A program made the translations under genes and the position numbers. DNA of 64,000 nucleotides from Candidatus Dormiibacterota bacterium. Its GTDB lineage: Bacteria > Chloroflexota > Dormibacteria > Aeolococcales > Aeolococcaceae. Positions 58,294-64,000 of the stretch are shown piece by piece. The stretch spans positions 116 to 64,115 of the forward strand of contig CAWEEP010000074.1 of assembly GCA_963808125.1 (NCBI GenBank), in the 5' to 3' direction. Each line of letters begins with the position of its first letter. Within the stretch, counting starts at the first letter, position 1. The notes beneath the pieces were generated by a model, which searched no databases, was not told the DNA's origin, and saw only the letters and a program-made list of their open reading frames with translations.

Positions 58294-59726
58294 GCGGTCC
58301 CGGCACCCCCCTGGCGGGGCTCGGCGCGCCCACGCCCATCCCCGAGGGCTTCCTCCTGGGGACGGCCAGCGCCGCGCACCAGGTCGAGGGCGACTCTGGA
58401 ACGACTGGATGCGGATGGAGCGCCGGGAGCCCTGGCGCATCAAGGACGGCGGCTCGGCGGTCGCCGGCATCGACCACCTCCACCGCTATCGCGAGGACCT
58501 GGAGATGCTCGCCGGGATGGGACAGAACGCCCAGCGCTTCTCCATCGAGTGGTCCCGGGTCGAGCCGGAGCCGGGCCGGTTCGACGCGGCGGCGCTGCGC
58601 CACTACGCCGACGTCGTGGCCACATGCCGCCGGCTGGGCATGGAGCCGGTGGTGACCCTCCACCATTTCACTCTGCCGGTGTGGCTGGCGGACCGCGGCG
58701 GACTCCTCGATGGGGAGGCGCCCTGGCTGTTCGCCCGATATGCCGCCGTCTGCGCCGAGTTTCTCGGCGACGCGGTGCGCTGGTGGGTCACCGTCAACGA
58801 GCCCAACGTGCTGGCCGCTGTCGCCTACGCCGCCGGCCAGTGGCCGCCGCATCGGCGTTCTCCCCTCGCCGCCATGCGTGCCCAGGCGGCCCTGCTGCGG
58901 ATGCACGTGGCCGCGACCCGGGCCCTGCGCGAGGTCGCCGGCCGCCGAGGCCACCACGTCATGGTGTCGATCGCCCATCACGAGCGCCCCTTCCGCCCCG
59001 TGCCCGGCTCGGTGGCAGCACGGCTGACGGCGCCCCTTCCCGACTACCTCTTCAACCGCTGGTTCCTCCGTTCCTGCGCGACGGGGCGGTTGCTGCCGCC
59101 GGTGGGGAGCCGGCCAGTTCGTCCCCGGACTGGCCGGCTCCCTCGACTACCTCGGGGTCAACTTCTACACCGAGGAGAGGGTGCGCTTCGATCCGCGGGC
59201 GTATGTCACCCTCTTCGTTAGCCCCGAGCCGGACCTGTCCATTCCGCGGAGCAGCGCGGGTTGGGGCATCGACCCGGACGCCTTCCGGCGCGCCCTGACC
59301 GGCCTCTGGCGGGAGTTCCACCTGCCCCTCCTGGTCACCGAGAATGGCGTCGCCGACGAGGACGACGAACTGCGCCCCGCCTACATCACCGATCACCTCC
59401 GCGCCGCCATGGAGGCCGTTCGGGAGGGCGTCGACCTCCGCGGCTACCTGTACTGGACGGGCTTCGACAACTTCGAGTGGCTGGAGGGGTACGGCCTCAG
59501 GTTCGGCCTCATCGCCGTCGATCGCGCCACACTGGAACGCCGCCCGAAGCGCAGCGCCACCGTCTATGCGGAGATCTGCCGGAGCCGCGTGATCCCGACC
59601 TGCCCGCCCGCGCCAGGCGTCGGGATCAGCCCACCAGCACCCGGAGGACGGGCTCGCCCTCGAGCTCGCGGGTCGGGGCGGCCACGGTATCCGGCCGGCC
59701 GAACAGGAAGCCCTGGCCCCGGGTGA
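58290..59726 (+). CDS. GH1 beta-glucosidase; two frameshifts (about 58390 and 59112); 3' end uncertain
   Basis: FLLGTASAAHQVEG (frame 0); RFSIEWSRVEP, VTLHHFTLPVW, and TVNEPNV with the acid/base Glu (frame of ORF 58100..59221); YLGVNFY, LLVTENGVAD (nucleophile) and YLYWTGFDNFEW (ORF 59181..59726). The GTG overlaps the TusA-like stop (GTGA). Confidence 0.85.
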
Positions 59727-61611
59727 TGCCCAGGCGGGTGAGCTCGGCGGCGACGCTGAGCTTCTCGATGCCCTCGGCCACCACCTCGGCGCCGATCTGC
59801 TCGGCGAGGGCGATGCACTCGAAGATGAGTGCCCTGGCGTCGTCGTCGTTGAACCGGTTGGAGACGCTGGCGTCGATCTTGATCACGTCAGGGCGCACTG
59901 CGTAGAGGGTGTCGACGCCGATGCCGGCGCGGCCGGCGTCGTCGATGCCGATCCTGAATCCGGCGCGCCGGTACTGGTCGATGCGGGCCGCCAGCTGGCC
60001 CAGGTTGTTGAAGCGGTCGGCGTCCGCGACCTCGAGGACGACGCTCGCCGGGTCCCGGCCCACCCACTCCAGGAGGCTGAGCATCTGCTCGACGTCCTCG
60101 GTGACGTCGGCGACCGCCGCGAGGTCGATGTTCACGTAGAGCTGGAGGTCGGTGCGGATGCCCTCGGCGCCGCGGACGACGGCGCGACGGCAGATCCAGT
60201 CCAGTTCGTTGGTGACACCGAGCCGTTGCGCCGTGGCGAAGAACTCCTCGACGCTGTCGGCCCCGTCGAGGTTGGCCGGCCGGGCGAGGCCCTCGTAGGC
60301 GACGATGTGGGCTTCGGGGAGGGTCACGATCGGCTGGTAGACAGGGTTGATCTGCTGGGAGGCGAGGACCCGGCTGAGCAGGGTGCTCCAGCCACGGCCC
60401 GGGGCGGTCGCCGGGCGGCCCGCGATGGAGCCGGCCACCCGGTTGCGTCCCTCGCGCTGGGCACGGCCGAGGGCGTCCTCGGCGCGGGCCCAGACGGCGG
60501 TCGGATCGTCGCCGGCGGCGCCCACCGCCCATCCGACGCTGACCCGGACCGGAAAGGTTCCGCTGACGAGTTCGGCGACAGCGGCGCGGATTCGCTCGGC
60601 GACACTGCCCACGATGGCGGTTGCGGCACCCGACATGAGGATGGTGAACCCGTCACCGTCGGTGCGGCAGACGACGTCGTGCTCGCGCGTGGAGGAGAGG
60701 AGCGCGTGCGCCACCGAGCGCAGCACGTCGTCCCCCGCCTCGCGGCCGAGGGCGTCGTTGAGCTGGTCGAGATGGTCGATGTCCACGGCGGTCACGGCGA
60801 ACACGTCGTGCACCTGGGCGAGCTCGTGTTCGAAGGCGGCACGCGTGCCCAGGCCCGTCAGCCAATCGGCCTGGACCGGCTCGGCCGCCACCGGCCCGGA
60901 CTCGCGGGCGAGGCTGCCGATGGCCAAGGTGGCGATGTTGGCCAGACCGTCCAGGAGCGCGATGTCGGCATCGCGGAACGGGCGGCGCGGATTCTCGGCA
61001 AGCAGCACGGCGGCAACGCCGGCGCCGTCGTGGATGGGGCTGGCCACACGATGTGGGTCGGGCCCCGGCTCGGCCAGAGTGTGGTGCCCGGTGACCGCGG
61101 CCATGATCAGGGGATCGGCGCTCAGCGGACGGCTCGCCAGGAGGGCACGGGGGGCTGTGCCACGTTCGCTGGCCAGAACCATAGCGCCGCGCTCGATCCG
61201 GAATACGCGGGCGATCACCGGGGAGTTCTTTCGGGTTGCCAGCAGGTCGACCGCAGCCCTGCTGGACGCCGTCAGCACCGACTCCGCGTCGGCTTCGGCG
61301 CTGATGCCGCTGAGGGCCTGCAGGATGCTGTCGAAGCGGCGGTCACGCCTGCCGCGGGTGCCTCTGATGAGACGCACCAGGCCGGCCAGCGCGGCGACGA
61401 GGGCGACGCCGGCCGCCACGGAGACGGCCACCGCGTTCGGGTGCGTACCACCCTCGACCAGCCAGCTGGCGGCGAGGATGCCGGCGCCGAGCGCCAGGAG
61501 TGCCAGGGTGGAGCTGGCCGCCCGGGCGCGCCCTGATCTGACTGGGCGCGCCCTGAGCGGTGAGAGGGGGGGCGGGGTGGTGGTGGTGGTGGTCTTGGTC
61601 TTGGTCGTCAC
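59626..61611 (-). CDS. membrane-anchored GAF - degenerate GGDEF - EAL signalling protein
   Basis: TM segments, then a GAF-like region. The GGDEF domain has DGDGF in place of GGDEF (RTDGDGFTIL). The EAL domain has YEGLARP, IGIDDAG, IKIDAS, AEGIE, GQGFLFGRP. Confidence 0.82.
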   Translation of the reverse strand: MTTKTKTTTTTTPPPLSPLRARPVRSGRARAASSTLALLALGAGILAASWLVEGGTHPNAVAVSVAAGVALVAALAGLVRLIRGTRGRRDRRFDSILQALSGISAEADAESVLTASSRAAVDLLATRKNSPVIARVFRIERGAMVLASERGTAPRALLASRPLSADPLIMAAVTGHHTLAEPGPDPHRVASPIHDGAGVAAVLLAENPRRPFRDADIALLDGLANIATLAIGSLARESGPVAAEPVQADWLTGLGTRAAFEHELAQVHDVFAVTAVDIDHLDQLNDALGREAGDDVLRSVAHALLSSTREHDVVCRTDGDGFTILMSGAATAIVGSVAERIRAAVAELVSGTFPVRVSVGWAVGAAGDDPTAVWARAEDALGRAQREGRNRVAGSIAGRPATAPGRGWSTLLSRVLASQQINPVYQPIVTLPEAHIVAYEGLARPANLDGADSVEEFFATAQRLGVTNELDWICRRAVVRGAEGIRTDLQLYVNIDLAAVADVTEDVEQMLSLLEWVGRDPASVVLEVADADRFNNLGQLAARIDQYRRAGFRIGIDDAGRAGIGVDTLYAVRPDVIKIDASVSNRFNDDDARALIFECIALAEQIGAEVVAEGIEKLSVAAELTRLGITRGQGFLFGRPDTVAAPTRELEGEPVLRVLVG

Positions 61612-61700
61612 GGTGGCTCTCGCGCCTTGTGGCTTGGTGGGCAGACCCCATTCTCGCCGCGCCGCCGGACTTGTCCGAGATCAACGGGCGTCAATTATGG

Positions 61701-62564
61701 TTAGTACAATTGCACTGAACGCGTCGATCTGTCACCTCCGCGTGTTGGCTCGTCACGCCGCCGCGGAGGGGACGTCGCACCGGCGCCGTCAGGCGGGAGT
61801 GGGCGGCCATCGTTCCGTCTCCTCGGCCTGCGGAAGTACCTCCCCGAGCGGGGATCGACGATGAGACCCCAGGTGATCGCCGTGGAGGAGAGCAAGAACA
61901 CCAGGCCGAGGAGGCCGATGAAGCCGGTGGCGCCGTCGGCGAAGGGGCCGTCGGTTCCTGGCGTCTGGGGCCTCCCGGCCTGGGCGGTGAGGTTGTTGGA
62001 GATGCCGATGAGGGCGACGCCGCCGATCGCCATGAGGACGTGGAGCAGCACGGTCAGGATCCGGAAGGGCCCCGGCCTGGCGAGAGAATGGCATTGCAGC
62101 CGGATGATGCCGAAGGCAACCGCGAGGGCCGCGATGCCGCCCGCGCCCGCCACGGCCGCGAACGCCAGGCTACCCAGCACGGCGCCGGCGAGGCAGTAGA
62201 GCAGGGCGATGAAGCCGGCGCCCGCCACGGTGACTGATTCGACCAGCAGCGATGCGCTGGCAAGCCTGACGCTCCAGGGAGCTCCCGGAAGGGCCGTCAC
62301 GGGTGCCGCCAGGTACCGCGCGGCGGCCGTGCGGAGACGCCGCCCCCATGAGTTGCCGCGATGCGCGCCGTCAGGTCGATGCATGCTGCTCATGCAACGG
62401 CGGCCGGTGCGCCGTCGTTCCGGAGGGCGGCCGGCCGCCGGGCCGCGCCTCACCCTGTCGAGGAACTGCAGGAAGCGGATGGCCGATCGTTGGCTTGGGC
62501 GGAACGCCCTAGGTCGGGCACGGTTGCGGCTGTCAGGCGCATGTTCAGCTCTGGACAGTGTCAT
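61701..62564 (-). CDS. hypothetical membrane protein (about 4 TM)
   Basis: The TM-rich core (VAGAGFIALLYCLAGAVLGSLAFAAVAGAGGIAALAVAFGII, ILTVLLHVLMAIGGVALIGI, FIGLLGLVFLLSSTAITWGLIV) is flanked by Arg/Pro-rich termini. The start is uncertain (62564 or ATG at 62394). Confidence 0.45.
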   Translation of the reverse strand: MTLSRAEHAPDSRNRARPRAFRPSQRSAIRFLQFLDRVRRGPAAGRPPERRRTGRRCMSSMHRPDGAHRGNSWGRRLRTAAARYLAAPVTALPGAPWSVRLASASLLVESVTVAGAGFIALLYCLAGAVLGSLAFAAVAGAGGIAALAVAFGIIRLQCHSLARPGPFRILTVLLHVLMAIGGVALIGISNNLTAQAGRPQTPGTDGPFADGATGFIGLLGLVFLLSSTAITWGLIVDPRSGRYFRRPRRRNDGRPLPPDGAGATSPPRRRDEPTRGGDRSTRSVQLY

Positions 62565-62620
62565 TGAATCCCGATATCCTCATGCGCAGCGTACGAACAG
62601 CCATTCATTCGAGGGTGTGC

Positions 62621-63961
62621 ATGTCCCCCACTTCCAGCCGGGCGGCGATCCCTGACGCCGTCGCCGCGGCCGAGGCCGCCGGCATCCGCTACCTCGACCT
62701 GCAGTTCACCGACGTCATGGGGTCGGTGAAGACGGTGACCATCCCCGCCGACCAGCTTCCCGCTGCCCTGGAGCGGGGCGTGTGGTTCGACGGCTCGTCG
62801 GTGAAGTCCCTGGCCCGGACCGCGGAGTCCGACATGTACCTGGTGCCGGACCCGTCCACCTTCGCCGTGCTCGGCTGGGCCCCGACCCCGACGGGGCGGA
62901 TGATCTGCTGGGTCACCAATCCCGAGGGCGAGGCCTTCCCCGGCGATCCCCGGGGGGCGCTGCGCCGCGCCATCGAACGCGCTGCGGGTCTCGGTTTCGA
63001 ATACGACCTTGGACCTGAGATCGAGTTCTACCTCCTCGAGCGGGATGCCAGCGGCCGACCGGTGGCGCCTTTCCACGACCGGGGCGGGTACTTCGACTTC
63101 GGCACCGATGCCGGTGTCTCCGTGCGCCAGGCGATGGCGGAGCAGTTGCGGTCGATGGGGATGACCATCAACACCCTCCACCACGAGGTGGGCGCGGGCC
63201 AGCACGAGATCGACCTCGGCACCCAGCCGGCGCTGAAGGCGGCCGACGACATCGTCACCTTCCGCTACACGCTGAAGGCGATCGCTCAGCAGCATGGACT
63301 CCTCGCCAGCTTCATGCCCAAGCCCTTCTACGGTCGCCCGGGCAGCGGCATGCACGTCCACCAGTCACTCTCCCAGCGCGCCGACTCCACCAACGCCTTC
63401 GCCGGCGACGACGACTACGGGCTCAGTGACATCGCCAAGCATTTCATCGCCGGCCAGCTCCACCACGCCGCCGGCATGTGCCTGGTGCTGGCGCCCTTGA
63501 TCAACTCGTACAAGCGCCTGGTTCGCGGTTTCGAGGCCCCTGTCTTCGTGTCCTGGGCCCGCACCAACCGGGGGGCACTGGTCCGTGTCCCGCATGTGGG
63601 GCGCCCCGAGGCGACCCGGATCGAGCTGCGCAGCCCCGATCCGTCCTGCAATCCGTACCTCGCCTTCGCTGTCATGCTCCGCTGCGGCCTGGACGGCATC
63701 GAGCGGCGTCTCGCCCTGCCGCCGCCGGTGGAGGAGTCGTTGTACGGCTTCGACGAGGTGGAGCTGGAGCGGCGCAATGTCGGTCTGCTGCCCGACAACC
63801 TGAAGGACGCCATCAGCGCCTTCGAGGCAGACGAGGTCGTGCTCGACGCCCTCGGCGACACCCTGGCGGAGCGCTTCCTCGAGGTCAAGGTCCTGGAGTG
63901 GAAGGAGTACCGCGCCCAGGTGACCCCCTGGGAGGTGGACCAGTTCCTGGAGCGCGCCTGA
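62621..63961 (+). CDS. glnA: glutamine synthetase, type I
   Basis: IRYLDLQFTDVMGSVKTVTIP, DGSS, GPEIEFYL, GYFD, LHHEVGAGQHEID, FMPKPF, GSGMHVHQSL, NSYKRLV, PVFVSWARTNRGALVRVP. ATG at 62621. Confidence 0.92.
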   Translation: MSPTSSRAAIPDAVAAAEAAGIRYLDLQFTDVMGSVKTVTIPADQLPAALERGVWFDGSSVKSLARTAESDMYLVPDPSTFAVLGWAPTPTGRMICWVTNPEGEAFPGDPRGALRRAIERAAGLGFEYDLGPEIEFYLLERDASGRPVAPFHDRGGYFDFGTDAGVSVRQAMAEQLRSMGMTINTLHHEVGAGQHEIDLGTQPALKAADDIVTFRYTLKAIAQQHGLLASFMPKPFYGRPGSGMHVHQSLSQRADSTNAFAGDDDYGLSDIAKHFIAGQLHHAAGMCLVLAPLINSYKRLVRGFEAPVFVSWARTNRGALVRVPHVGRPEATRIELRSPDPSCNPYLAFAVMLRCGLDGIERRLALPPPVEESLYGFDEVELERRNVGLLPDNLKDAISAFEADEVVLDALGDTLAERFLEVKVLEWKEYRAQVTPWEVDQFLERA

Positions 63962-64000
63962 GACCGCCGTGATCACCGTCAAGGACGTCTGGCGGAGCGC

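Noticed and set aside
61640-61700. AT-rich stretch CAATTATGGTTAGTACAATTGCAC upstream of the GGDEF-EAL gene as a promoter.
   Set aside because: I could not place -35/-10 hexamers with acceptable spacing. The stretch also contains the stop codon of the upstream ORF.
1-64000. CRISPR arrays, rRNA genes, transposases, integrases, prophage structural genes.
   Set aside because: None of the translated ORFs shows DDE/serine/tyrosine recombinase, Cas or phage structural motifs. I saw no regularly spaced repeats while reading the intergenic regions.
63970-64000. Possible start of another plus-strand gene (GTG ATC ACC GTC AAG GAC GTC TGG ...) just after glnA.
   Set aside because: Only about 10 codons are visible, too short to support any call.

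Overview
High-GC bacterial chromosomal segment. Bacterial markers include pstSCB, holB, a CHAP peptidoglycan hydrolase and an MCP. I recognise about 55 protein genes and 2 tRNAs. There is no transposase, integrase, CRISPR array or rRNA. Content in order: a Pst phosphate transporter fragment; a SulP permease; two divergent GT-C membrane glycosyltransferases; central metabolism (2-hydroxyacid dehydrogenase, aldo/keto reductases, citrate synthase); a coiled-coil CHAP hydrolase; a small island of orphan genes with lower third-position G/C; an approximately 2885-codon cyclic beta-1,2-glucan synthase; a Phd/YefM-type toxin-antitoxin pair beside tRNA-Gln; a UDP-sulfoquinovose synthase operon (sqdB, GT2, SDR epimerase, flippase-like protein); a MerR/HspR-like trio; otsA; an RCK potassium channel; an archaeal-type tyrS immediately downstream of a class-I tRNA-Tyr; an ArsR-ino1-acyltransferase-pimA-pgsA phosphatidylinositol/PIM cluster; holB; an MCP; an Opp-type ABC transporter with cellobiose phosphorylase and a GH1 beta-glucosidase; hisC-like; rhodanese and TusA-like genes; a degenerate GGDEF-EAL protein; and glnA. 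The most interesting observation is the tyrS/tRNA-Tyr pair. It carries the archaeal/eukaryal identity set (C1:G72, A73, 5-nt variable loop) in a bacterial context. Main caveat: the sequence carries many single-base frame disruptions in otherwise well-conserved genes, and even in the tRNA-Gln anticodon stem. Two patches are very dense (pstS and the GH94 domain of the glucan synthase). I read these mainly as assembly or sequencing indels rather than biology, but I cannot prove that from the sequence alone. All functional calls rest on my recognition of family motifs in the supplied translations. No database search was run.
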